Shown piece after piece: positions 41,398 through 51,564 of a stretch of 64,000 bases of DNA. Below the pieces are notes generated by a model. The model was not told the origin of the DNA, did not search any database, and was given only the letters and a program-made list of their open reading frames with translations. Origin of the DNA: Candidatus Bathyarchaeota archaeon (GTDB lineage Archaea > Thermoproteota > Bathyarchaeia > TCS64); assembly GCA_963769425.1 (NCBI GenBank), contig CAVYLP010000004.1, forward strand, positions 361,052-425,051, in the 5' to 3' direction. Positions within the stretch are counted from its first letter, which is position 1. The number at the start of each line of letters is the position of its first letter. The position numbers and the translations under genes are program-made.

Positions 41398-42260
41398 TTT
41401 TGTCCCTCCTTCTTCTTCATCTCGCTCCTGTATCCGAAGTAGCCGATGTTTCCGAGGAGTATCGCTATCATCAGCATGTAGTGACCTAAGGTAAACGAGT
41501 TCATGGCTGTGAGGCCTGGCCCAGGTGCCGATATTAGGTACTCGAGCTCAGCTCCGCCTCTCATGCTCTGAAGCACTGCTTTGTATAATCCGGCTTGTAG
41601 GTAGGGTAACGAACTTGATATCATGACACCAATTACGTTCACGATGATTGGCGTTCCGCTCTGGCCGAAGTGCCTGACTATGGCCTCCGACTGTACTCCG
41701 GTTGTGTACTCTGATATGAGTGTCCAATCTTGCCATGTGTTAACATTGTCTAAAAATGTGCCCTGTATAGAGTTGCCGTTTCTGTCCTGCCGTATCATGT
41801 TATGGAAGTTCTGAGACATTGATGCCACGGCCGCTTCGTTGGGGAAGACGTAGCCAAGATCGATGTAGTTTACACCGTAGACGTAGTTGTTCTCGGTCAT
41901 TACACTGCTAAGCTGGTCGTAGAGGAGCTGCGGTATCCCTGTGGCTTCTGGGTGTGATTCTATGATGCATAGATTCACATGTTTTGATAGCATCACCCTC
42001 ATGGACGCGATTATTCCGGACTGTAACTCCATGTAGCCGCTGAACTCGGTGTCGAGGAGGAGCATGACTGTGTCACCGCTCTTGAGATTGTTGAGCTGGT
42101 CATCGTATAATTTGGTGTCTGCACTTACCTCAATTGGTAGTATGAAGGGCTGCAATAGGGGTGCTAGGACCAGTATGAAGATTAGTAGGTATATTATTCG
42201 TCTGTCGTATTCAACTAGGAATCTGTACATGCTTCTGTTCCCCTCCTTTTGCTGGGTCAT
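41394..42260 (-). CDS. Membrane protein with a large soluble alpha/beta domain
   Basis: DRRIIYLLI, YGVNYIDLGY, PYLQAG....L..MRGGAELEYL; translationally coupled. Confidence 0.8.
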   Translation of the reverse strand: MTQQKEGNRSMYRFLVEYDRRIIYLLIFILVLAPLLQPFILPIEVSADTKLYDDQLNNLKSGDTVMLLLDTEFSGYMELQSGIIASMRVMLSKHVNLCIIESHPEATGIPQLLYDQLSSVMTENNYVYGVNYIDLGYVFPNEAAVASMSQNFHNMIRQDRNGNSIQGTFLDNVNTWQDWTLISEYTTGVQSEAIVRHFGQSGTPIIVNVIGVMISSSLPYLQAGLYKAVLQSMRGGAELEYLISAPGPGLTAMNSFTLGHYMLMIAILLGNIGYFGYRSEMKKKEGQK

Positions 42261-42261
42261 T

Positions 42262-42909
42262 TTAGCTGGATTCCTCCTTTTGTATGCCGATAACGTTCGG
42301 CTCCTTACCCATTAGGACCCTCATGCCGAAGACGATTGCACCAACGGTTACGCTGATTAGGAACATTGTCCCTGCCGCTGTGACTATCGTTGTCCTGAGG
42401 TAATCTGCCGTTGGGGTGAGCTGGGGGAAGAATGCCCCGGTTAGGGGGGCCTGATAGAATAGCACGATGAAGCCGGTTATGAGGAGAAGCAGTGCCCTAA
42501 GATTCCTTGCTCTGAAAGCCCTTGCCCCAGTCGATGCCATGTAGAAGACCAGTATACTGTAGTTTACCGAGCTGAGTGGGGTGATTATTGAGTACATTAC
42601 CCATGCATAGGGTCCTGTGTTCTCACCCCATAATGCGTAGAAGATGAGCATCAGGACCAGTGTGACGAGCATATAGGCTTTGAATATCCAGCCTCGACTT
42701 CTCCGGTTGATGAACGAGAAACCGCGTCTGAACTGCGAATACACGGCGAGCGCTATGGTGAAGGCGCTTACGACGGCGGTTATTGTGATTAACTCGTTTG
42801 AGAACCAGTCAAGTGAGGGTATTGGGATGAAGTAGGGGATGAAAACGACGAGGAAGGCAAGGATCAGTAATGCGAGCTGAAGTTCTCTACTTTTTAGGAA
42901 TGCTGACAT
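42262..42909 (-). CDS. Polytopic membrane protein
   Basis: SILVFYMASTGARAFRARN; GMRVLMGKE. Confidence 0.8.
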   Translation of the reverse strand: MSAFLKSRELQLALLILAFLVVFIPYFIPIPSLDWFSNELITITAVVSAFTIALAVYSQFRRGFSFINRRSRGWIFKAYMLVTLVLMLIFYALWGENTGPYAWVMYSIITPLSSVNYSILVFYMASTGARAFRARNLRALLLLITGFIVLFYQAPLTGAFFPQLTPTADYLRTTIVTAAGTMFLISVTVGAIVFGMRVLMGKEPNVIGIQKEESS

Positions 42910-42921
42910 TCATTTTACCTC

Positions 42922-43722
42922 CTAGGTGAGCAGGAGGCGAACAATGAAGTCGCTTCCTGCCGCGAAAAGTATCAAGCCCACGATCATCAAACCTAGGGCC
43001 AAGGCCTTGTAGATGTCTTGGACTCGAATGCTTCCCCTCTGAGCTGGGTCCTTGGAGAGGTATGCACCCGCTGCGGGTGATTCCTCGCCGATTAGGATAT
43101 AGTCCGAGGCGCATGCTAGCGCTGCCGTGTTCGAGATGTATGCCCCTGACGAGATTGTGATTGCCCCGATTGCGTTTGAGGTCTCGGCGATGTTCATGGC
43201 GTCCGACGCGTGGTAGCCAGCCATGATCACGGCCGCGGGTCTTGCCCTTTGGAGTATGCCCACGTATCCTCCTACGTAGGCGTACTGTTGCCCACTTAGG
43301 AATGGGACATCATCCGGGTTGAACTCCTCGGGTTTACCCTGTACGACGTAGGCAGTCTTCACGATCTCCTCGGCTACGGGTCTGACGATTAGTGAGGCAT
43401 CTGATCCTCCGGTTGGCACTATTATCCTCACGCCGGTTTTAACACACGTCTCCGCGACGTGTGAGAGGATAGCCAACCCTGCCAGCGTCCAGTAGTCGAA
43501 GCCTGACCCCGCGATTCCGAAGGATGTTACTACGGGTTTACCCATCTCGGCTGCCCTGCCGACGGCCTCCTCGATCGCGTCGAGGCCGGCCACCCTTCGG
43601 ATGTGTATTGGCGTCTTTGACCTCATGTAATAGATAACTAATAGTAAAAGCGCTATGTTTAGAATTAGACCAAGTACTCTTCCTGAACTAACGCCTGGAA
43701 CCTCGAAAAGTGCTGTTGCCAT
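42922..43722 (-). CDS. DUF6754-family membrane protein
   Basis: IRRVAGLDAIEEAVGRAAEMGKPV, DYILIGEE..AAGAYLS, QD..K. Confidence 0.8.
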   Translation of the reverse strand: MATALFEVPGVSSGRVLGLILNIALLLLVIYYMRSKTPIHIRRVAGLDAIEEAVGRAAEMGKPVVTSFGIAGSGFDYWTLAGLAILSHVAETCVKTGVRIIVPTGGSDASLIVRPVAEEIVKTAYVVQGKPEEFNPDDVPFLSGQQYAYVGGYVGILQRARPAAVIMAGYHASDAMNIAETSNAIGAITISSGAYISNTAALACASDYILIGEESPAAGAYLSKDPAQRGSIRVQDIYKALALGLMIVGLILFAAGSDFIVRLLLT

Positions 43723-43916
43723 TTTCTTAGTCCGAATTAACTGTTAGTCTTCATAATCTATATTAAACTTTAGACCATAATAAATGAAAAAATGGTTATT
43801 TAATTGTTTTTTTAAGGAAAAATAGTTAATAAAAACTTAATTTATTTTAACGCCACAGGTCGCATTTCCGATCACTTATTTATTCTTCCAGATAACTGTC
43901 TTATGGGTGTGTAGTA

Positions 43917-44666
43917 GTGGAGAACTTTTTGTATAAGCTGACTCGACCCGAGATCGAGGAGTACCTCAAGAAAAGTGATGTTGTGCTCTTTCCAGCTGGC
44001 TCGACGGAGCAGCATGGAAAACACATCGCGATCGATAATGACGCGTTTACGGCCCTGGAGATATCTAGGAGGGTTGCAGAGAAGACTGGTGTCTTGGTTG
44101 CGCCTGTGATGCCTTTTGGTTACTCGATCCACCACATGAATTTCCCCGGTTCAATCACGTTAAAGTTTGACACCTTGGTCGCCGTGTACAAGGAGGTCTG
44201 CGAGAGCCTGATTCACCACGGCTTCAAGAAGATAGTCATCATGAATGGACATGGCGGAAACATCAGTGCGGTTAACCAGGCTCTTCGAGAAGTCAGAACT
44301 GAGGATAGGATCATCGTCTACAACGTTATGGTTTTCCCGATGGAGAAGGGATTCGGATCAGATTCTTTAACTGTGTGCAAGCAGGAGTCCGGCGGGCACG
44401 CTTGCGAGATGGAGACGAGTATCGGTATGGCACTTGGTCAGAGGATCCTCATCGGGCAAGCTGAGAAGTGGAAGCCCCCGGCGGGGATGACTGAGTTCGA
44501 TAAGAAATATGGCCACAAGGTCTCTACGGCGAGGGACTTCGATGAGATCACTGAGATTGGCTCACTGGGTGACCCAACCATCGCCTCTAAGGAAAAGGGA
44601 GAGGCTATGGTGAACGCGGTTGTTAGGGACATCTCGGAGTTCGTCGAGGATCTGAAGAAGCTCTAA
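43917..44666 (+). CDS. Creatininase-family amidohydrolase
   Basis: PAGSTEQHGKH...D, GYSIHHMNFPGSI, NGHGGN, GHACEMETS. Confidence 0.93.
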   Translation: MENFLYKLTRPEIEEYLKKSDVVLFPAGSTEQHGKHIAIDNDAFTALEISRRVAEKTGVLVAPVMPFGYSIHHMNFPGSITLKFDTLVAVYKEVCESLIHHGFKKIVIMNGHGGNISAVNQALREVRTEDRIIVYNVMVFPMEKGFGSDSLTVCKQESGGHACEMETSIGMALGQRILIGQAEKWKPPAGMTEFDKKYGHKVSTARDFDEITEIGSLGDPTIASKEKGEAMVNAVVRDISEFVEDLKKL

Positions 44667-44813
44667 ATACTTTGGCTTTTTCTTTCTAGTTAATAAGCGA
44701 TATTTATAGGCGTTTTTCCTCACTCAATTTCCGGAATATAAGATATGCTGACAGTTTTACGGTAATTACGGACCTTATAAATACTTTATTCTGAGCGGTC
44801 TCCCTCATGAACT

Positions 44814-45085
44814 TGTCCAACTAGGGATGCTTTGACTGGAGCGGGGCATCATTTATGTCGTTCAATTGGGGTGCGAAGTCGTATCTCTCCCGATCCTCCC
44901 TTCTCCCTTTCTTTGTGTCGCGGAAGTTGTTGGTATCGGTGTCTCGCCGAGAATAGGTGTACTCGTCCTTTCAGCAACTTTCGTTGTGAGAATAGTGTAG
45001 TTCATTCTGATATTCGGGATGGAGACGAGTACTCCAAGGAGTAATACTAGGAAATATTCAACTGACATTAAACTAGTTGCGTACC
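44814..45085 (-). repeat. Diverged copy of the 3' end of the gene at 58557-59180
   Basis: Matches 58536-58813 (YATSL.SVEY.LVLLLGVLVSIPNIRMNYTILT.KVA.RTSTPILG). Confidence 0.92.
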
Positions 45086-45099
45086 CATTAATTCCGAAT

Positions 45100-45397
45100 G
45101 ATATGAAATCCGCTTTTGGGTGTTTGTGACTTCGTCGATTAGGAGGTAGCCTTCTCCGAACCATCTGAGGGCTTCGTCGAGTATGTCCGGGGTGTTCCTG
45201 AGGCGTGTGTCTTCGGCGTTGACGTATACGGCTTTCTGGTTTTTCTCGTTCAGTCTTTGTAGTAGGAGCATGAGGATGCTGGATTTTCCGGAGCGTCTTA
45301 TTCCCGTAAGGGCGACGATCTTATGTTCTGCGTCTTTTATAATGGAGTCGAGGTCGATGTCCCTATTCTTTAGTCTGATTCTCTGGGCATATGTCAT
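45100..45397 (-). pseudogene. AAA_14 ATPase 5' fragment
   Basis: TGIRRSGKS, YVNAED.RL, LIDEV, then truncated. Confidence 0.75.
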
Positions 45398-45595
45398 TCA
45401 TCGAAGACATTAGGGGCAGCCATGAATCGTTCTCTAAGAAGACGATTGTTAAAGATTATCGTTCCCTCTGAGAACGATTAATCGCGTGTTTCGCCCCGGG
45501 ACCGCCTCAACGGCATGCTTTGAGAGCTTAGCGTCGTTCAATAAAGCCATCTCACTTGAGATGAAGCTTTGACCCGGTTTCGCTTGCCGAGTTAT

Positions 45596-46321
45596 TTAGT
45601 CTGATCCGTGACTGTGGGCGAGGGCGGGTACGAGGAAGTCCAAGACGTCGGGGAAAGCCTTCACGAAGATGGTGAAGTGGTCTGCCTCGGGATAGACGCG
45701 CCGTCGTATCCTGAGACCTTTATGACCTCTGGATTCCATGGTCTCGGTGAGTTCTCGCGCCGCCTCGGATTCGTCGGGGGTGGACCCATCCGATGCTATG
45801 AAGAGTGAGCCACGAGTTTGAAGACTCATCCTACTAGCGAGGAGCTTCATGTATGCTACGTAGGGGGTGAGGGTCGGACTCATCGCGACCCACGCATCGA
45901 AGAGGGAGCCGCCTCTTAGCATGGAGGTCAGAGCGTAGAGGCCTCCTAGAGAGTGCCCAATTAGGGTCTTGTGATGAATGGGTGTTCCCAATCCCTCGAC
46001 TCTCGGGAGAATCTCCTCTCTCAGGCACCTTGTGAAGGATGGTTCGGCCCCATCAGCGGTGGGTGTGAAAATCCTCTTCCGGTCCTCGAACTCTACGCCT
46101 ACTATGAGGAGGGGTGGAGCCTTCAGCGACTTTATGTAATAGTCTACGGTCGCCGACGTGTAGGCGAAGAAGGCGTCGCCGTCGAGGATGATGAATGCGT
46201 CACGGGTTTCGTTGGTATCGTCTGCGTTTGGGGTGTAGAGGCTTAGATGGATGTCATCTCCGAGGATGGTGGAGTGGAGAGTCGTCCTCTCGATTGTGTA
46301 GTCGAGGTCGCAGTTCCTCAC
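45596..46321 (-). CDS. Alpha/beta hydrolase (IroE/esterase-like)
   Basis: ILDGD, IGHSLGG, SPTL, YPEADH. Confidence 0.88.
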   Translation of the reverse strand: MRNCDLDYTIERTTLHSTILGDDIHLSLYTPNADDTNETRDAFIILDGDAFFAYTSATVDYYIKSLKAPPLLIVGVEFEDRKRIFTPTADGAEPSFTRCLREEILPRVEGLGTPIHHKTLIGHSLGGLYALTSMLRGGSLFDAWVAMSPTLTPYVAYMKLLASRMSLQTRGSLFIASDGSTPDESEAARELTETMESRGHKGLRIRRRVYPEADHFTIFVKAFPDVLDFLVPALAHSHGSD

Positions 46322-46883
46322 ATCGGCTTCGCTCCTCTCCGTGTGTTCTAGTTATTCGCGCCTTTGCTTATATCTTGGGGAAAAAATGTGGCATTCTATC
46401 GAAGTTGCTTATAGAGATGTGCGATGGTTTGTCAATAATTGGTCGGGGTCTTGTTTCCCCACTGATGGATCGGAGTAGCGGAGAAATGTGTTTGTTCCTC
46501 ATTTTCTTATAAAACCGTGTCAGAGAGAATGTTACACCATAATGTCATAATTTCACTTTTTTTCAGGCGAAAAAAAAATTCGTTTTTAGGGGGATTGGGC
46601 CTTGGAATTACGTTTTGTTTTAGTGCCTCTTTTTGGTTAAGGTGTTATTTTATCAGTCCTCTATTTCTTAGGGTTGAGGTTACCCGCTCATAACTGTTCA
46701 ATTTTGTTCAATTTTTATTTATTTTTTATTATCTGTTAAGAAATTTTCGTATAATCATTCATTTTACTTTTCTTTTACCCACTCTAAATATCAATTAGTC
46801 TAATGGAGCGGTTTCGGTGGCGCGCGCGGTCGCTTCCATCTCCCCCCGTCCTTTAATATAGGTTGAGAGTCACTCTTCTGAGC

Positions 46884-47855
46884 ATGGGGGAAGTCTCCGA
46901 TCTTGACAGGATCCTCTTCTGGTCCTCGTACCTTACAGCCGAGGAGAAGATGCACTTCGATGTTATGAACGTCGATTTCATGAGTGATTATTTCTGGGCC
47001 CCCGAGTTCAGGGACTTCGTGGAGAGGTTGACTGTGGACGCTCCGAGTCTCATCTTCCTCGTTGGGCTCCAGGGATCAGGTAAAACGAGCGCCCTTAGGG
47101 CGATTGAGGATTACCTCTCCGGGAAAGCAGAGGCTTATTACTGGAGATGGCACCGTGAGCTACCGCAGCCCTGGGAGGAGATCAAACACCGTCGGTTCTT
47201 CCTTGTGGACCTCCCCGATTACAGGACGGGATCCAGCAGCAGGATGGCCAGGGACCTGGACGGGATCGATAAACTCTGGTACGATATGCGGTACGGTGAG
47301 GATTATGGTAAGAAGCACCTCATCGTGGCGGTTCAGAAGGAGATGTTCAGGGGCCACTATCTGTTTGGTAAGGGACAGGTATTCTGGTTGAGGCCGCTTA
47401 GATCGGATGAGCTCTTGACTTTCTACTGGAGGAGGTTTGGCTCGGGTTATCCGTTTAGCAGGGATTCTCTGACTTTGGTTGCGGTGCTGAGTCGCGGGGT
47501 CTTCAGGCGATTCATACGTTACATTCGCCTCTGCTTGCAGGATATGAAGGGCAGTGGAGTTGAGTCGGTGAACGTGGATGATGTGAGGAGGGTGATCAGC
47601 CTCGACGTCGTCGCGGGGGACATGGACCTGGAGCTGTCGGGTCTGCTGCGGGGAGCGGAGAAGGGGTACGCCGTTGCGGTGATCTCGGCGCTGATGAGGG
47701 TGGGGGAGATGAATCAGAAGGACCTCTCGCTTCGCCTCGGCGTGTCGGAGACGATTATGAGTCGGCTCTTGGGTAAGCTGGAGGGTCTAGGATACGTTAA
47801 GAGGGTGCATGGGGATAGGAAGGAGCTCAGGGTCTCGCTTAGTAACGTCACATAG
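46884..47855 (+). CDS. AAA+-type ATPase with C-terminal winged helix
   Basis: GLQGSGKT, FLVDLPD, SRGVFRRF lid, MNQKDLS.RLGVSETIMSRLLGKLE.LGYVKR; TATA-like CTTTAATATA at 46851. Confidence 0.8.
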   Translation: MGEVSDLDRILFWSSYLTAEEKMHFDVMNVDFMSDYFWAPEFRDFVERLTVDAPSLIFLVGLQGSGKTSALRAIEDYLSGKAEAYYWRWHRELPQPWEEIKHRRFFLVDLPDYRTGSSSRMARDLDGIDKLWYDMRYGEDYGKKHLIVAVQKEMFRGHYLFGKGQVFWLRPLRSDELLTFYWRRFGSGYPFSRDSLTLVAVLSRGVFRRFIRYIRLCLQDMKGSGVESVNVDDVRRVISLDVVAGDMDLELSGLLRGAEKGYAVAVISALMRVGEMNQKDLSLRLGVSETIMSRLLGKLEGLGYVKRVHGDRKELRVSLSNVT

Positions 47856-48090
47856 AGCCTATTATTGAAAAATGTGTGTTTAATCGGGTTTATAACATCT
47901 TGTTATGAATTATCTTTTGAGTTCGCGTGCGCGACATCGATTGCTTCGGTGAAGTCGTTTAGCATTGCTGTTCTTTTCTTCCATTTGGGGCTTATGGTTT
48001 AATTATCAATGACTTTTAGTCGTTGGTGGCTTAAGCGAGTTCATTCAATGTCTTTTCGGGGGCTCATCTTGAGTCTTCCTGGTTCGGAGG

Positions 48091-48437
48091 TTAATCAATT
48101 AGGGTGCGGGGTTCTACCCTCTTGAGTCCGGGTATCCTGTCGAAGACGTGATCCGTGGATATGATGGTGTGGTCCTCCACTTGGTTGAGTGTAGTTGCGG
48201 CGTGGAAGGCGTCGAATATGGAGCTTAAGCCATTCTGTCTCATCAGGGTCAGTGCTAGGAGGTCGGTCTCTGAGGTCGTCGGGAGGAACTTCAGGTTGGC
48301 TATGGATGTTAGTGCCGCGGCTCGTGCTATGTACTCGTCTAGTGTGACCCCCTCCTTCATAGGACATAGTAGAGTTCGTGGAGGACTTCGCGCGACGCCG
48401 CGACTTCTTCCAGCTCGCCCTCCTTGATCCTCCAGAT
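48091..48437 (-). pseudogene. VapC PIN toxin, 5' end replaced by the repeat array, frameshifted
   Basis: IWRIKEGELEEVAASREVLHELYYV / IFDAFHAAT..IISTDHVFDRIPGL. Confidence 0.75.
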
Positions 48438-48684
48438 GGGTTCCTAGTAGGATAGGATAACAATTTTCCACGCACCTGTGCCCGTTGGGATGGTGGAGCA
48501 TTCACCTTGCCATGGACCGATTCCTAGTAGAGTGGAATCACAAGGCGATCTGCAATAACCCTGATACCTGCCACTTGGAATCAGATTCCTACTAGTGTGG
48601 TATAGCACACTAGCTGGCTGGGCGTATGTGCCTCGCTAGTAGGGATAAGGAAAAACACCACTTTTTGCACCTGCCACTAGGTAT
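48438..48684. repeat. Second, shorter gapped-palindrome array
   Basis: GATACCTGCCACTTGGAATCAGATTCCTACTAGTGTGGTAT; exact 23-mer CACTTTTTGCACCTGCCACTAGG shared with 35131-35153. Confidence 0.88.
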
Positions 48685-48894
48685 AGTTGTTTCGGAGGAG
48701 GCTCTAAGGTGAAGGTCTACCAGATCCCCGAGGCATCATCCGGGCGGGTTGCTTTGACTGTTGAGTTGTAGAGAAGGCTCAAGAATTCGAAGTATAGGCA
48801 GGTTATTCGTACTAAGATGCTATTAATTCAAGTAAATCGAATCCACCTTGATCACTATGAGTTACCATTCAACGAGTTGGTGGTAGTTTATTCG

Positions 48895-49434
48895 TTAACG
48901 CCTCCTGATCTCCACCAACAGAGGATACACGCCGTATCTTTTTGCCCTCAACTCGAGGTAATCTTGGTCAAGCTTCGAAGCCATTCTGACCAGAACACTC
49001 TTAACATCCAGTTCGTCCTGCTCCATCCTATCTGGCCGAGTGAGTTTGGAGACTATGAAGTCCTCCGGAGATATAACCCAAAAAGCATTGTCACCGACAG
49101 TAAAACGCCTTCGTCTACGAAGCGTCTCCCCGTCCCAAACCACACCGTCGGGGCGGATCCAGAGCTCAACCTCTAACTCCGTTTTTTCATCCACGAAGAC
49201 GCAGACGGGATTCACATATTTGCAGAGAGTTGGACGAAACCCGAACACCCTTGAGGAAGTTAGTAGTTGATCGAACGCCTCCTCAGATGGAACGTTGACG
49301 GCGACATCGACGTCGAGGGTGGACCTGATCCTGCCATAGAACGGGAGGGCAAAGCCGCCGAGTACCATATAGTCTAGGCCCTCTCCATCTAGAAATGCGA
49401 CGAGGTTACTCAGTGCCTCGAGCAGCACGGACAT
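48895..49434 (-). CDS. Nucleotidyltransferase-fold protein (DUF6036/AbiEii-like)
   Basis: YMVLGGFA..YG..RSTLDVDV; SPEDFIVSKL..R..D..DV. Confidence 0.8.
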   Translation of the reverse strand: MSVLLEALSNLVAFLDGEGLDYMVLGGFALPFYGRIRSTLDVDVAVNVPSEEAFDQLLTSSRVFGFRPTLCKYVNPVCVFVDEKTELEVELWIRPDGVVWDGETLRRRRRFTVGDNAFWVISPEDFIVSKLTRPDRMEQDELDVKSVLVRMASKLDQDYLELRAKRYGVYPLLVEIRRR

Positions 49435-49795
49435 AATCGTTCAACTCCAAGAAGAGGAGAAAAGGATCACGCCCATTCTCCACTAACCTGAGGACGTACT
49501 CAGCTTCAAATGATGCATGGTTGAAGCCCGTACCCTTCACCCTTAGTGGTAACACGTCTAGGCGAGATACGATTCGAAGGTACTCTCTCCCTAACTCAGT
49601 GGCGGAGATAACTGATCTGGGCCTGCCCTTTGAAACACTCTTCTCTATTTTTCGCTCCAGGAGGCCGCTTTCCTCCATGTCGACGATCGATTCCAAGATG
49701 ACCTTACTCCGCTTCCTCACTGTGGCCACGATCTCGGATACCGTCTTCGGAGTCTCTACGGCTTGAAGTATGTCCCTCGAAATATCGACATACAT
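49406..49795 (-). CDS. Winged-helix protein, probable partner of the nucleotidyltransferase
   Basis: KTVSEI...MEESGLLER...KGRPRSV...TELG; overlaps the downstream gene. Confidence 0.75.
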   Translation of the reverse strand: MYVDISRDILQAVETPKTVSEIVATVRKRSKVILESIVDMEESGLLERKIEKSVSKGRPRSVISATELGREYLRIVSRLDVLPLRVKGTGFNHASFEAEYVLRLVENGRDPFLLFLELNDYVRAARGTE

Positions 49796-49839
49796 TATAT
49801 TTCCCTAGGGAAATATAATGTTAAGTAGTTTTTAAGCCT

Positions 49840-50088
49840 TCCCAAGTCATCATATGGAAACACTTCGTACCAGGCATCTACCAGGGGTGCATGAACATGA
49901 CATACTTCTCATTCACACCAAATATACTGCAGGCCAGGAAGTTGAAGGACGTGATAGTATTCATCTATGACACTTTCAGGTTCGAAATCTGGCTGGCGGG
50001 GCACAATAGCGTCGAAGACAAGTACTGGGCGCTGTTCAGGGAAAGCGGCTGGGATAAGTACTGGGTCGTACAATTTCCATCTCTTTAA
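49840..50088 (+). pseudogene. DUF7000-like internal fragment
   Basis: YQGCMNMTYFSFTP...FRFEIWLAG.N....YWALF..SGW. Confidence 0.5.
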
Positions 50089-50097
50089 TCCAATATT

Positions 50098-50177
50098 ATT
50101 GATCTCCTCTTGATAGCGGTCAGGGGTTTCCCACTCTAGGCCTTCTCTCTCGATGTAGAGAAGAGCCTTGGCCGATG
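50098..50177 (-). repeat. Copy of 51988-52067 (YIEREGLEWETPDRYQEEI)
   Basis: Near-identical DNA; similarity ends at GCGCGCGC 50177-50184. Confidence 0.9.
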
Positions 50178-50440
50178 CGCGCGCAGTAGTTTGCAGGTTG
50201 CGAGTGGTTGGGGGTAGGTGAATGTGCCCCGTATATTGTATGCATAAATATGCGGTGCGCGTGTCCCCATGTGCAGGGTATAGCCTTATGCTCACTTCCA
50301 CCTGATACTAATCCATACTTTTATAATTGAGTTTTCTGTGCAACTCAGCGATAGAAAGATGCATGTGTGCATGGTTTATTAGCCATAAAATTTGCGCATT
50401 ACTTGCTTTGCAGGTAATCTACTCCTAAGGAGTAGGAAGG

Positions 50441-50515
50441 TGGAGCCGGGCGAAGGATTTGAACCTCCGTGCACTGCTTTGCAGGCAGTTGCCTAATCCA
50501 CTCAGCCAACCCGGC
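50441..50515 (-). tRNA. tRNA-Cys (GCA), intron-less, CCA encoded
   Basis: GCCGGGT/GCCCGGC acceptor stem, ACTGC-CTGCAAA-GCAGT anticodon arm, GGAGG-TTCAAAT-CCTTC T arm, U73, CCA. Confidence 0.95.
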
Positions 50516-50579
50516 GCAGATGTGGGATACTTCTCTCGATTATATCTTATTTAGGAACTTTAGATCAGAACAAAAAGTC

Positions 50580-51239
50580 TTAATCGAACTTATGCACTCG
50601 CATGCGCCCAATTAATGCTTTGCCGAGGGAGTACGCGAACAGCAGCACAAGCACCGTGTGCCCAACCGTGATCACCACGAGGGGTAAGGCATTCGAGCCA
50701 AGCGAGATATTCGATAAACCCCTACGAAGCACAAACATCCTTGAAGCCGCTATCAACAAAGAGCCGGTCAGGAACACAAGCGGAGCAACCATCCCGATGT
50801 TCTCGCTGCTACCCCCGACGAGTCTCCTCAAGTCACCGCTTCTCCACATCAAAACAACCATAAGAACCAGAAGACCCGCCTCTAATACCGCATCCACGCC
50901 CGAACTCATCCCGAAGCGCAGACCGTAGGTGACCTTACTTAGAGGGAAAAAGATTGACTCACCCTCAATCATCATATCCGCCGCAACATGTGAAAGCAGA
51001 GCAACCACGTAGGGGAAAGCCTGCCTTCTCCAATACACCAGGATAACCGCTATCGGGACGAGGAAGATAAGAGAGTGGGTGTATGTGCCGTGAGCGATGC
51101 CTGCTCTGGCGAAGAACTCGTCGAAATCAGGTATGACTGAGACTAGGAACACGGCCCATAACACAAGGCTCTGCCTTCTACGCCCCGCCGACAATCTGGC
51201 TAGAGAATAGCCGATCGCCATGTGTCCCAGCAGATACAC
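50580..51239 (-). CDS. Membrane metal-dependent hydrolase (YdjM-like)
   Basis: GHMAIG, IPDFD, HGTYTHSL, SHVAAD. Confidence 0.85.
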   Translation of the reverse strand: MYLLGHMAIGYSLARLSAGRRRQSLVLWAVFLVSVIPDFDEFFARAGIAHGTYTHSLIFLVPIAVILVYWRRQAFPYVVALLSHVAADMMIEGESIFFPLSKVTYGLRFGMSSGVDAVLEAGLLVLMVVLMWRSGDLRRLVGGSSENIGMVAPLVFLTGSLLIAASRMFVLRRGLSNISLGSNALPLVVITVGHTVLVLLFAYSLGKALIGRMRVHKFD

Positions 51240-51295
51240 GGTGGACCTAAAACATGAACCCTGATAAGAAGTGTCCGTATCAAGCGCTCACACGT

Positions 51296-51564
51296 GGAGG
51301 GTGATCAGCCTCGACGTCATCATGGTGGACATGGATCTTGAGCTGTCGGGTTTCCTGAGGGGATCGGAGAAGGGTTATGCTGTCGCCGTGATCTCGGCGC
51401 TGATGGGGTAGGGTGAGATGAATCAGAAGGACCTCGCGAATCGCCTCGGCGTCTCTGAGACTATTATGAGTCGACTGATGGGTAAGATGGAGGGAATAGG
51501 CTATGTCAGGAGGGTGCGCGGGGACCGGAAGGAATTACGGGTCTCGCTGGTTAATGATACCTAG
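51296..51564 (+). pseudogene. Second copy of the AAA+-wHTH gene 3' end
   Basis: Colinear with 47587-47855; internal TAG at ~51409. Confidence 0.9.

Noticed and set aside
48091-48505. Two 136-aa full-length ORFs
   Set aside because: Their N-termini are read from the repeat array; only the PIN remnant is credible
50441-50470. attL/attR duplicate of the tRNA-Cys 3' end
   Set aside because: No second copy found by eye in the window
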